From Lama guanicoe (lineage: Eukaryota), in assembly GCA_013239625.1 (NCBI GenBank), contig MU054391.1, positions 7,349,095 to 7,413,094 of the forward strand: DNA of 64,000 nt, written 5' to 3'. The position numbers and the translations under genes were made by a program. Positions 11,295 through 23,303 of this stretch are shown piece by piece (positions within the stretch are counted from its first letter, which is position 1; each line of letters begins with the position of its first letter). A model generated the notes under the pieces. It saw nothing but the letters and a program-made list of their open reading frames with translations. It was not told the origin of the DNA and ran no database searches.

Positions 11295-11460
11295 TTTGAT
11301 TTATTGTGGTAAGAATACAACATGAGATCTATCCTCTTAACAAATTTCTAACTGTACATTACCATATGGTTGAGTATAGGCGCACTGTTTTACAGCACAT
11401 CTCTAGAACTTAACTCGTCTGCAAATTTATACTTACTGAACAGAAACCCCCCATTTTCAC
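11295..11460 (-). mobile_element. L1MA9-like 3' end
   Basis: 'gtggtaagaatacaacatgagatctatcctcttaacaaattt...catctctagaactta'. Confidence 0.8.
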
Positions 11461-11609
11461 CTTTCAGTGATTTAGGTGCTTAAATCTACTTTGGATCTTC
11501 TTGACTTGCTAATTATCCACCAGGTGCTAAATTATTAGCTCACAAGCTCATAATCATTCACAGAACAGATCCTCCTTGATGTCTGGCTGGTTCAAGTGTG
11601 CAGTCTCCT

Positions 11610-11845
11610 ACAGAGACCTGGCTTTGGCTTCTGATCGTCCTGGGTTCAAGTCACAGCTTCCCTGCCTGTTAGTTATTTAACTTCGAGCAGGTCAACTAGT
11701 CTCTGAGTTTCAACTTCGTCATCTATAAGATGGGGAATAATATTTACCTGGTAGGGCTATTGTGAGGATTGAATGACACAACATTTATAGAGTACCCAAA
11801 AGTTTCTGGTACATGGTAGGTGCCCTAGGAAAGGTCATTTCTCAC
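11610..11845 (+). mobile_element. MIR SINE
   Basis: 'cctgggttcaagtcacagc...ctctgagtttcaacttcgtcatctataagatgggg...gggctattgtgaggattgaatga'. Confidence 0.88.
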
Positions 11846-12039
11846 CATTCCTCTTTCTCTAGCTAGAAGCCTGATCTGACTCCAGTGTGAAAGAGAAGCA
11901 GAAGGGCATTCCCAAGATACTTCTGGTTTACAGTGGTTTGGGGACACTAACTAATTTATGGGACTAAGGGAGAGAGGAGGGGATGCCGTGATGATATTTT
12001 TGGCATATGGCCAGTGTTTTCTGAAACTTGGGCCGATGA

Positions 12040-13215
12040 ACATTCCTTTAACCCGGAATGCTTTTTCTAGCCTGTCCCATTTAGTAGTCCATGTCTTCCA
12101 TCAGACCTTTCTTGTAGAATTTTCTCAGCCAAAGTTGCAGATGAGCCCGTGTTCTGCTGAGTTTCCATCCATCTTTCTCAAAACTTCGCATCTGTCCTTG
12201 TTTCCTTATATAGCTGTTGAAGTCTTGGCTTATAGTCTTGATTGAAGCCTTAAGTGTAGTAAGAGCAGAGGCACTTCCATTTCATTGTCTATTGGGCACC
12301 TCAGGGGCCTGGCAAGGGACCGTGTATGGTGAGTCATGTGGGTTTGGGGATAGAAGGCCTGGGTTTTGATTCCAGCTTTACTGTTTATTGTGTGTTGTCA
12401 GTAAGCCCCATAGACTTTCCTAGACTGTGTTTCTTCATTTATGAAATGGTTATAATAATCCTACTGGCCATTGTTTTTTAAATAATGTCCTCAAATCCTA
12501 TTCAGAAGGGATGCAATATAAATAAAATGAATGGAATTGTTCCTACTCTACCTTCATCAGGGGACTGTTGGCCAGCTGGGGCAGAGCATGACTGTGGGAG
12601 TATTTGATAAACAATAAATGCAGTACACACGCTATGTAGAGTTATTAGGGGCTCATTAAATATTTCCTGAATCCATGCTCAGTGGAAATAAAATGTCTTC
12701 CCCTTTGTCTTTTATCAGCCTGGGAAGAAAGGTCACAGTTTGATAATACACTTGGGAGGAGGGCAGAAGCAACTCTCACTGGAAGGACATAATCAAGAGA
12801 AGGGGGTAATGTCCGACACACAGTAGGTCTAAATAAATATATGTTGAATGTGGCTGATAAAAGTAAATGGTAGAGTGGTTGGGAAATTATGTCACAATAG
12901 AGAAAAATATTGAGAGTCGAAGGAAGCCAGTGTGAGCCCTGGTTAGGTTCTTTTCCCAAACTCTGAAGTTCCCTGTTCCTTTCAGTGCCTTACTATTTTT
13001 TTGTTCAGCACTTTACATCTGTTTATTTGTTCACGTCTCTATGCGTTTGTTTATTTGTCTGATTATTCTGTTAGTTGAACATCTCTCTCCCCTTGCTAGA
13101 TCATAAGCTCTCTGCGGCAGTGACTTCTGACTGTGTTCCCCACTCCCATATCCACAGTGCACCTGGCACCTGCACAGAGCAGATATGCCATAAATACTTG
13201 TAGAATGAGTAACGA
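12040..13215 (+). mobile_element. Cluster of L2 3' fragments plus a MIR (about 12340-12470)
   Basis: L2 3' end motifs such as 'ctagatcataagctctc...gcacctggcacctgcacagag...ataaatacttgtagaatgag'. Confidence 0.65.
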
Positions 13216-13534
13216 TAGACTTTATTATCTTCCTTTGGCTAGGAAGATATTCAAGCCATCTTTTTTTTTTTTTTGCCCCAGAATTCTTTTATTTCTTTCC
13301 TATGCATGTTACTGCTGTGAACCACCCAATAGGAGGATGGTGTTCGTGGAAGAGCAGGAGGGGTACAGGGGCGGGGGCACTTGTTAACTCTCCCCCTTGA
13401 TCAGCCTCACTTGTAGGAGTTTCCACTCCTCCTCCTATGATTCACTGCATCAACCTTCTGGCTTCCTACTTAGCTCCATCTTGGATTATCTTGTCTGTTT
13501 ATTTGCTTATTTGTCATTTGTCCTTTCTGGTCAA

Positions 13535-13790
13535 GCAGTGATCCGAATCCAGATGGCTTGGGATTCAGTTCTGGCACCATCGCTGATTAACTGTGTGGCG
13601 GTGGACAGCTTGTCTAACTGCTCGGGGCCTGAGTCTCCTGTGCTGCAACATGAGGATGATGACAGTTCCTGCTCCCAAAGTTGTTGGGAGGATCGAATTT
13701 GTTGATACTGCAGAGCACGTAGTAAACACCAGGCACATACTCAATGCTCAGTGAAGGGCTATAATTATTAATGTATAAGTAATAAGAAAA
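13535..13790 (+). mobile_element. MIR SINE
   Basis: Near full-length MIR layout ending 'accaggcacatactcaatgctcagtgaagggctataatt'. Confidence 0.8.
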
Positions 13791-13871
13791 CAGAAGCACT
13801 ATGTCACTTACTTATTACACTGTCCCCAGTGTCTCATACAGAGTAGTCACTCACTACATATTGATGAATAC

Positions 13872-14038
13872 GGGGGAGGGTGTAGCTCAGTGGTAGAGCA
13901 TGTGCTTAGCATGCATGAGGTCCTGAGTTCAATCCCCAGTGCCTCCATTAAAAACAAACAAATAAATAAATAAACAAATAAATAACCTAATTACCTCCCC
14001 CACAAACCACCCTCCCCACCAAAAACAAAAATAAAAAC
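13872..14038 (+). mobile_element. Camelid tRNA-derived SINE (Vic-1-like)
   Basis: 'ggggagggtgtagctcagtggtagagc...gagttcaatccccag...cctaattacctccccc' with A-rich tail. Confidence 0.93.
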
Positions 14039-14454
14039 AGGTGAATAAGTGAATAAATAGGTCAGAACAATTAGTTGTAATATAGACACTGGTCTTAACA
14101 ATATCCTAGGTACAAGGAATTTTATTGAACAAACACATTTTTGAAAGTTGTCTGCTATATCACAGGCACTATGGGGAGATGCCAGGATTCATCTGTCGGT
14201 TACTTAGCAAATAATAATGGACCACTTGCTAGGTGCTGGCTGCTGTCCCAGGTGCCGGGTCATAGGCGGGGACAAGTCAGGTGCCGGAGCCCGCAGCCTA
14301 GAGGGGAAATGTGCCCGCGAAGATGAGGCTGGACTGCCGTCCTTGGGAGCCTGTAGCTGAGCTCGGGGGTGATCAGGCCAGAACATCACTGCCCCAAGGG
14401 CTGTGGACCCCAGGGGAGAAGGAGATGGCTGTCAGGCACTCAGGGCCTGGAAGT

Positions 14455-14577
14455 CTATGGCCTAAGCTACTGAGAGTGTGGTCCCAGAATCTTACGCTTG
14501 ACCCCAGACCTACTGAGTCAGAATCTGCATTTTAACAAAGTCCTCTGGTGATCCACACGCCCATCCAAGTTACTGAC
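14455..14577. mobile_element. MER5A-like hAT-Charlie MITE
   Basis: 'ccccagacctactgagtcagaatctgcattttaacaa...ggtgat'. Confidence 0.8.
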
Positions 14578-15011
14578 GGCCCAGAAAAGGTGTGAGGCTG
14601 ATTTGTCAGGCAGAAAAAATGCACGTGTCATTTTTAGTAAAGACATAGGAACCTCTCCAGAACTTCATGAAGTGGCGGTCGATCATGGTGAATGCGGGAG
14701 CTGTGACTGATCTCAAATTTCCATCTGTTCGTTTGAAGTGGGAGAATCGATTTAAAGAATCGTTGCAGAAAGAAACTCTAAGCAGAGAACACTTCTGTTG
14801 GAGCCAAGTTAGGACTTCAGCTTGGTACCGTGAAAAAGTCCGGACCCTACAGGCGGGACGGGGGCTGTACACCCACATCAGCATGGGGTGGGATGAGGCC
14901 CTGGAGAGGAGAGAGGGGTCTTCTAGGGAGACTGGGAGACGGAGGACCCAGGTCTGAGTCAGGCTGCATCCGTCACTGGCCCTGTGCCTTTAGTCAGCTG
15001 TTTACGTTTCT

Positions 15012-15153
15012 CTTTCTCTTCTTTCTTTCTTTTCTTTTCTGTTTTTTTTTTATTGAAATACAGTCAGTTTCCAATGCCGTGTCAGTTTCTGGTGTACAGC
15101 GTGACGTGTCCGTCGTACATGTACATACATATATTCTTTTTCATTATAGGTTA
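15012..15153 (-). mobile_element. 5'-truncated young L1 inserted in a MIR, with a 14-bp TSD
   Basis: TSD ctgtttacgtttct (14998-15011) / ctgtttacatttct (15154-15167); T-rich tail; L1 3' UTR matching the 54.2 kb copy. Confidence 0.9.
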
Positions 15154-15899
15154 CTGTTTACATTTCTGAGCCTTGGTGTTCTTATCTGAAAAGGAATGTA
15201 GTATCTCCTTTATGGAATTTTTTTGGACAATGAATGTAATATTTAGACAAGGAGCACTGCGTCCCAAAAGTACAGTGGAATTGTTGTCATTATTACAAGC
15301 TTTGCACAGAGGGCAGAATGATACGATTCAGAATGTTGAGTCAAGAAGCGTTGCTCACTGTCCCAGCTCTGCCACTAAGTAGTCGTGCAGCTCTGACGAT
15401 ACTAGTAGGAGCTAAGATTTATTGAACTCGTGCTGTGTACCGGGTTCTGAGCTCAGGGCTTTCATGCACTAGCCCATTCAGTCATCAGGAACTCTTGTTA
15501 GTTGGTGGTTATTTTCCTTTTGCAGAGAAAGTTGATGCGGCTCAGGGAGAGGAAGTAACTTCCCCAAATCTCAGCAGGGCGAGCTGGCTGTCGGTCTGGC
15601 TCCCTACCCAGAGCTCCGAAGGACAACGCGGTGCAGAGTGAGATACAGCTTCCAGCGTTCTTCTCAGGAGCTTCACATACAGACAGTGCAGCCCAGCCTC
15701 AGCCATGGTGGCAGCTGCTCTGACTCCGTGCAAGGAACTAGTGACAGGAGCGTTTCCCCCTGCAGTTTGTTGTCTTCTCTTCTGAAAACACACCATCATC
15801 ACACTCCTCAGAAGGGGTTGTAATTGTGTATTTGTTTTATTACCCACTATACTGAGCTCAGTGAATATTTGTTGACCCAAAATAAATCAAATTCCCAGG

Positions 15900-16371
15900 T
15901 GTATTAATGTCCTAGGGCTGGTCTAGTAAAGTACCATAAATTGGATGGCTTAGAACAAATCATTTGATTGTCTTTCTGAAGGCAAGAAGCTCAAAACCAA
16001 GCTTTGGCAGGACCGTGCTCCATCTGAGCCTCCAGGTAGAACCCTTCCTTGTCTCTTCCTAGCTTCTGATGCTTTGCCAGTGACCTTTGGCATTCTTTGG
16101 CTTGTAGCCGTGCATCACCACAACCCCGTGCCTCATGGGGTGTTCTTCCTGTGTCTCCACACCATCTTCCCTCTGTGCATGTCTGTCTCTATGTCCCAAT
16201 TTCTTCTTATGGGGTGGACACTGGTCCTTTGGATTATGATCCACCCTGGAGGACCTCATCTTAAATTGATTAAATCTGCAGAGATTCTATTTCCAGGGTT
16301 ACGTTCTGAGGTACTGGGGATTGGGACTTCAACATATCTTATTTTAAGGGGACACAATTCAACTCACTACG
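15900..16371 (-). mobile_element. MaLR solo LTR, MLT1C-like
   Basis: MLT1 motifs throughout; 5-bp flanks ccagg / cgagg. Confidence 0.9.
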
Positions 16372-17518
16372 CGAGGCAAGGGAGCTGGTGGCTTTATGGG
16401 GTTAGCAAGATTAGCATGACAAGGGAATGCAGTGGATATGCAGGGGTCTGGGGGCTTCTTGGGATCCTCGCCTAAGCAGGGAGGGCTATGGGAAGACAGT
16501 CTTTAAGCACTGAGTCATACCTGCCTTCTGGGGCTCTGCTACACACGCTCAGCCTAAAGTTACCGGAATATTGCTTCCCAATTTCTGAGTCCAGCCTGTT
16601 AAGTAGGACCCTATCATCTCCCCAGAGGGCTAGAGTCTGTTCCTGCCTCCCAGCCTCCACCCTCCACCTGAAACCCTGAGGCACACTCTTGGACTTCTGG
16701 CTGTGCTGCTAGACTGCCTCTTTAGTGATCCGGATCTGTTCAAATCAAGTCTGAGTTCATCTTGCCTCTGTGGGCTCCTAATAGCGGTAGGTACAGTGTT
16801 CTGGCTTCCTTTGGTTGAAAATCCGATTGAGACCTCATCTCTGGTCCTCATGACTGCCCCACCGTGGGGGCTGCACTGGGGTAGGGTGGAGAGCATCTCC
16901 TTGAAATAGAAGAAGCAATGAAGCCCAGAGAGTTTCTTCTGACTCACGCTCGGCCACACAGCTAGTAAGTGGTGAAGTCGGAGGTTGAATCCTGTTGCAT
17001 CTGACCCCGCCATCTGTGTGTTTCTTCTACCCTACTCCCCCTCGGCCAGAGGGCTTGAGGGTAGCTCTAGGGAGGTTTCGACCCCATATCCCTAGCAATG
17101 TTTGAGTAAGCCATCCTCTTAAATGACCACCTGCCTCACTTGAATCTTTGTCCTCTTGATCCTCGAACCAGAGGATCAGGGTGGGTGAGTCTAAAGCAGC
17201 CCCCGTCATGGAAACACATGGTCCTCTGTTCGACCCTGCATGGCTCTCTGGGTGTGAGCCGCCAGCAGCCAGTGTAGGGGTGCTGGGGTGCTCCTGTCCT
17301 CCAGAAGATGCTCTAGGCTTCAAGGCTGTGGGGGATTCATCACTTACCAAAGTAACCAGAAGGTTGACCTTCCAGAACCCCATAAAGTTAGCTCTCCCCT
17401 GCTTCCTGTGAGATCCCCATCATAAATGGGCTTCTGAAGGTTGCCAGTGTTGTCCAACTAAGGATAAACCAGAGCAGTGAGCTTGACACATGTTTCTTTA
17501 AAAAATGAATAAATAATT

Positions 17519-17787
17519 GATTTTTAACATCTGAAGTATAGTTGATTTACAATATTGTGTTAGTCCGGTGTACAGCATAGTGATTCAGTTATACACACAT
17601 ACATAGATACACATTCTTTTTCTCTATAGATCACTGCAAGCCATTGAATATAGTTCCCTGTGCTGTACAGTAGGAACTTGTTGTTTATCTGTTCTGTACA
17701 TGGTAGTTTGTATTAGCCAATCCCAAACTCCCAGTTTATCCCCCCCTCTTCCCTTTATCCCCTGGTAACCATAAGTTTGTTTTCTGT
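17519..17787 (-). mobile_element. L1 3' end (artiodactyl/camelid type)
   Basis: 'gttgatttacaatattgtgttag...gaatatagttccctgtgctgtacagtagg...cctggtaaccataagtttgttttct'. Confidence 0.88.
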
Positions 17788-18249
17788 GGACAGACAGGTG
17801 TTTTGCAGAGAGAACTCAGTAGTGGACAAGGTCTGAAGAGGAGCCACCTTGGCGTCTCCGGTTCCTGTATCTCTGGCTCCCTCCCATAGATGCTACGCGG
17901 CGTGGGGGCTGGGAGGGCATATACCACGCGCGGCTGTTTTTGTCAGCCAAGCCGCAGAAAGGAACCACACGGCCCCGAGGCCAACCTTGGCCAACCACAG
18001 GGGCCAGCTCTCAGGAGGGACCGTGGGGACAGCAGGATTTGGGTTTCCGCTTTCTCACAGGAAGACTCAATTGATCTCCTGGGGACCGCAGGGGCCTTGC
18101 CGAGCCGGGGTGACTCAGCTTCCTTTGTGTGCCTCCGCGGAGAGGGAGGACCCCTGACAGCACAGGGCTCCTTTCGCCTGCGAGTTCCCGCTCTACTTCC
18201 TGCTCTCAAAAACCTCCAGTAACTATTCAAGTCTCTGTTTACTGGAAGG

Positions 18250-18870
18250 CTTGTTGAAAACACAAGTTTGTACTTCACATTTCTACAGCATTTGTCACCT
18301 GACGAAAACGTTTTCTCACACATCGGTTCATCCAGTGTTCACACCAGCTCTGAGACTGCAGGGAGCTATTGTCATCACTGTTATGCATATGAGGAAAGGG
18401 AGACTCAGCCAGCGAAGCGGAGTGGCCAAGGCTGCGTGACTTATTGGAGGAGGATTGGTGCTGAAGCCCAGGGTTCTAGAATACTCATTAAGGATCTCAT
18501 TGCACCTTCTTGGGTGGCCCTCAGCATATAGCCCATATCATGTGCTCGCTGTGTGTTCCTAAAATGTTTGTTGATTGAATGACTGATCATAACTTTCATT
18601 CATTGTGAGATGAATCCTTTGGGTTCTATGCAAGCTGCTCTGGGGCAGTGGGAAGGACAGAGTCTTTGGAGAGACAATTCAGGTTCCAATTACACTAAGA
18701 CACACCTTAGCTACAGGGTTTTAGGGAAGGTACAAATTCTCTGAACTGCAGTTTCCTCTGGACACAGAGGATACTAATGATGACTTTTTAGGGCAGGTCT
18801 AAGATTTAAATGAAATAATATGGCCCAGGGGATGGGACAGTATTTGCTACATAGAAGGTGTGGAGCAGCA
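18250..18870. mobile_element. Two MIRs and an L2 tail
   Basis: MIR minus at about 18250-18490, L2 end at about 18520-18590, MIR plus at about 18640-18870. Confidence 0.65.
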
Positions 18871-19579
18871 CAAGGTTCTTTCCATTGTCCTCGTAGTCAC
18901 ACTTAGCTTCAGAAAGTCACCAGAGATAAATCTTGCAGTTATCTTCTTTATATATGGAACAATATCTTTGCTTAGTAATCTTGGAAAAATTAATGACACA
19001 AATGTACAAAGCAAATAAAGTCTGGTCCTGGCTGCTTTAGTCATTCTAATCAAGAAATGAGCTATAGCCTATATGTGAATTTCCCAGTTCAGTGCTCGAA
19101 GTTCTCAGTGCTAAGATTTGTCATCACTTCTTTTGACTTATTTTGGATAGATAAAATTTCTAGCCTTGTAAACAGAGTACAGCAGGCTTCTGCACTGCAG
19201 ATTCTCTGTCTGTGTTTCTTACTCCTCATTAGACGATCTGACTTTCATTGCTGCTTCCTCTTGCTTACCTGCAAGGGGTCGCAGAGGCATTCGTCAGGGT
19301 GAGAAAGTGGCATGGGGTCTGAAATTTCAGACTCAGAAATAATACTTCTATTTCAATAAAATGCAGAAACAGTCAAGATGCTATTTCTTTTTAAAAATGT
19401 CCTTTATTTCACCAATTGGATGTTTTCTGTGAGTTAAATTCTTCTTTGATGCTGAATATGTAATAATATCTTAGATTTCAAATTCCTACATCCAGGAACT
19501 ATGTCACTACACTGTAGTGAGTATAGAAAGGGAAATAAATAAAAGAAGGCATAGGAAGAAGTGATTAAAGGTACTCTTA

Positions 19580-20330
19580 GCAGTCAGGGAAGCTTTACAG
19601 AAGGTGTGTTGGGTTTTAAGGGATGAATAGGAGTTTTCTAGTTGAGGAGAAGAAGAAAGTAGCATTTTGGGTAGTGAAAATGGCATGAATAGTTGCCCAA
19701 GGGTAGCTAATTCATGGTTTGGAAAATAATGATTAGAGTAGTGTAGCTAGAACTGTGTTACTAGGTCAAACTTAGGGGACCCAGTTAGATGTGAATTTCA
19801 GATAGACAATGAATACATTTTTAGCATGAGCATGTCCCAAATATTTAATGAGACATGCTTATACTGAAAACATCATTTGTTGCTTCTCCAAGGTTCAAAT
19901 TTAATTGATCATCATATATTTTTACTTATTAAATCTGGTGATCCTAGACTAAAGGACAAAGCAGATGAGACCATATTACGTAGGTCTTTGACTTTGATTT
20001 CATCATTGACCCATTGGTTTTTTAATATGTAGGTCTTTGAAAGTCATGCTTGAAAGTTTTGGCTTCAGTCTCGTGGGTGGTCTTGGAAGGTTTTTAAACT
20101 GAGACATGATATCATCAGATTTCTGATATTATGCGGACTTCATGGAGGATGATCTGCAAAGGGGGAAACCGGAAGCAAGGACATTGATTTAAACAGAGAG
20201 AAAAAGGGGGGTTTGAACCAGGGAAGTAACCAAGAGATTCTCAGGCAACAGACTGCGGAGATATTTTGGAGATGGAAGCCACAGGGCTTGCTGAGAAAGG
20301 CCGAGTGTGTTGGCAATCCTTTCTTGTTAC
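19580..20330 (-). mobile_element. L2 fragments interrupted by MER53
   Basis: 'gggttttaagggatgaataggagtttt' and 'ggaaggtttttaaactgagacatgatatcatcagattt'. Confidence 0.65.
19762..19947. mobile_element. MER53 palindromic DNA transposon MITE
   Basis: 'cccagttagatgtgaatttcagatagacaatgaata...atgtcccaaatattt...gttcaaatttaattg...taaatctgg'; central hairpin. Confidence 0.88.
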
Positions 20331-21315
20331 AGACACCGGTTTATTTGTCCTTGAAAACTTACGACCTTCTGAACATTCACTCCCAGTAGTCTTGGGATTG
20401 AGGATTCTCTGGAGACTGGAATTCTGTGCCATTAACCACATGACTCAGCTCTTCATTTCTTTAAAATGTACACTCAGGCTCAACTCTGAGCCGGATAATC
20501 ACAACTTGATTAAGTGGCCAAGTTCATGCTGGGTACAGGTGGAAATACTTAGCGCCATAACTTTAGAAGGGTCTATGAAGAAGTCTTCTATACTTTCTTA
20601 GGAGACAGATACTTTTCAAAAGAAAGTGTATGTTTTGGAAGGGGAGGGATGTTGTTTATTTCTGAGATTAAATACATCTCCAAAGTTATGGAATAGACTT
20701 GGATTCTGTAGACTTGTTGCAGAGAACTCACCAAATCATGTTGGAAGAAATTGCTTGTCACCTTCCTCCTGTTACAGCTGGAGAAGTTGCAGCCCAGAGA
20801 AAAGACATGACCAGCTCAGGGTGGCAGAACTTGGGCGAAGGTAGAGAATTCATGACTCCCAGTTAAAGTGCAGTGGAAATTTTCTAAACATCTAGTATTT
20901 GGAAGCACAGCGCCATTCTTCTCTGTAACTACCAAATTACAAAGAATTTCTCCTTGAGATTTTTCCGTTTGAACGAGAGTATTAACACAAGTTTTTTAAA
21001 AAACGGATTTCATGAAATTGTGTCATTTGAGAATAACCATATCCTATTCCTATTGACAGCCCTTTTGAAATAGATTGACCTAGCCTAATTCGGGAAGAGT
21101 TTCAAAGTTTTTGGAACTTGGAAAAAGAAAAGTTTATATAAATAGGAAATCACAGTTACTTGGTGAACACATTCTCCATTGTAAGATTTTGACATTTTGG
21201 CAAAGGCAAGCTTTCCTTTCAATAGATCAACTTTCAGAACCAAGTTGTATTTGAAAAGAATAAAACAAAAAGGATTGTATTTACATTTCAAGGATGAAAT
21301 GTCTTTCCTCCTTAG

Positions 21316-21403
21316 GAATCTGAGGAATGCTGTCTGGGACTCCCACCTGGCTCCTGTTGCTTCATCAGTTCCAGAAAGACCTTCACTGTCGGAACATCCC
21401 AAG
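21316..21403 (+). other. Candidate 88-nt internal exon
   Basis: Acceptor 'tgtctttcctccttag|G' and donor 'AAG|gtaact' in non-repetitive sequence. Confidence 0.35.
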
Positions 21404-22497
21404 GTAACTCCTCTTTCAGGTCTGGGGGATGTGCTCCTTATAAACAGACTTATCAAAATCCTCCCTCCTATCCTCAGTAATGAGATATGACAACCAAACA
21501 CGTCCTGAGCTTTGTTACCTACTCTGTGTTCAATCCTAATAGGGAATTTGATTTTGTTTCTAAAATCTCAGTCACTGGATATCTTTTTTTTTTTTTCCTA
21601 TCTTATGTGTGTCACCTTCCAGCCCCTTCTGAGGTAGAAAAGATGGGGAGGAGCAAGGACCAGTGATTCTGGAGTCACAGGGGCCCTGGGGCCGTGTTCT
21701 CACTGGCATCACCTCTGAACCACACACCTTTTCCTGGCGTTGCCCTCGGTTCTTCATGGCGATTTGGCACATTCTCTCTTCCTTGTTAATGTTGATGAAA
21801 ACTGCTATGAAACCATAAGTGCTGATCACCAAGTGAGGTATATGGACAGCCAGGACCTTCAAGTGGCTCTTGGGGACAGTATACAGTATATGGTCTAAGG
21901 AAGCTGATCCGTGATGTATCAGGCCTCTGCCAACCCCCACTGCACACCTGCCCTGCCAATTCCCCATCCTCTTCTCCTTTTATTTATTCAGCAACATGTC
22001 TTGAGCATCTTCTGTGCACCAGCCCTGGGGCATGGCAATGAACAAAACAGGCCAACACTGGCCAAATATTTCTCCCCCTGGATTTACTGATACCCAAGGC
22101 CCCCAATTCTTGTGATGATGTGAATTCTGTGAGAATGTAACACATTTCTCTTTCATTTGATGGCAATCTAAAACCTTGACATAAAATATAATCTGGATTG
22201 ATTGAAAAGTTGCCTTAAAATGGTTCTCCCACAGGATCTGGGTGTCTGGGTTTGCACGTGTGTCACTGAGCACGTTAGAGCCAGTGATCATTAAATGGAG
22301 AGTGAACTTTCCATGCATTTTCTCTGGGGGGGGGCGGTCAGTGGACATATCCTTGAGCTCTGAATGGGTTCCTTTTCTCTAGGTGGGTTTCACTTAGTTC
22401 TCAAGTATAAGAAGCACTGGTCAAGTAGCAGGACCAGGATGCTTGTAGCTGCCTGCCGCCATCGCGTTCTCCCCAAACTTTGATCACACAGGTCTCA

Positions 22498-22648
22498 TAG
22501 GAGGCAGAAAAATGGTCCCCCAGAGATGTCCACACCCCAATGCCTGTGAATATGTCACATTCCGTGTTAAGAGTTGGAATTAAGGGAGATTATCCTGTAT
22601 TATATGGTGGGCCCGATGTCCTCATGTGAGCCCTTAAAGTAAAAGAGG
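22498..22648 (+). mobile_element. MLT1D-like LTR 5' fragment
   Basis: 'aatggtcccccagagatgtccacaccccaa...gggagattatcctgtattat...gggcccgatgt'. Confidence 0.75.
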
Positions 22649-22649
22649 T

Positions 22650-23010
22650 ATACACACCCAGAAGAGTTAAAAACAGAACTCCAACAAATGTGTGTCTGTG
22701 TGAGCTCATACCTGTCCTGCTCACCGTAGTCAGAAGGTGGTAACAGCTGATGTCCAGGAATGGACAAAATGCGGTATATGGACACAGCGAAATATTATTC
22801 AGACGTGGAAAGGAATGAAGTACTTATACATATTACAATATGGATGAGCCCCTAAAACATAATACTAAGTGAAAGAAGGCAGACACAAAGGTCACCTATT
22901 ACATGAGTCTGTTTATATGAAATATCCTGAATAGGTAAATCCAGTGAGCCAGAAAGCAGATTGGTGGTTGCCGAGGACTTGGGAAAAGAGGAATGGGGAA
23001 TAATTGCTTA
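22650..23010 (+). mobile_element. L1MB fragment (ORF2 end / 3' UTR)
   Basis: 'ggaatgaagtacttatacat...ctaagtgaaagaaggcagacacaaaggtcac...agaaagcagattggtggttgcc'. Confidence 0.85.
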
Positions 23011-23179
23011 CTTTGAAGTTGTTCTGACTAAAAAAATAAACTCATATTATCAGCAATGAGTTTTCATCAATCTTCTTTGTGTTGTGCAATGCCAGTTTTA
23101 AATGCAAATATAAGAGCAGTGAACCTGTATGGGGAATTACCCAAGTTACACAGTTTGTATTTTATGGCTGATACATACA

Positions 23180-23303
23180 AGTTCAAGGGGAAAATGAGAA
23201 AGAATTTCAAGCGGTGACAGCAGAGCACTGAACCACATCCGGGGCCTTCTGAGTGCAGGGTCCTGTGTGGTTGCCCAGGCTGCACACTTTGAAACTGGTC
23301 CCG
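23180..23303 (-). mobile_element. MER45-like hAT-Tip100 fragment
   Basis: 'aagaatttcaagcggtgacagcagagcactgaacca...ggggccttctgagtgcagggtcctgtg'. Confidence 0.7.

Noticed and set aside
13872..13945. tRNA-like sequence with A and B boxes (also at about 10410-10483 and 37710-37786)
   Set aside because: These are SINE heads with shared tails and, in one case, a TSD; they are not tRNA genes.
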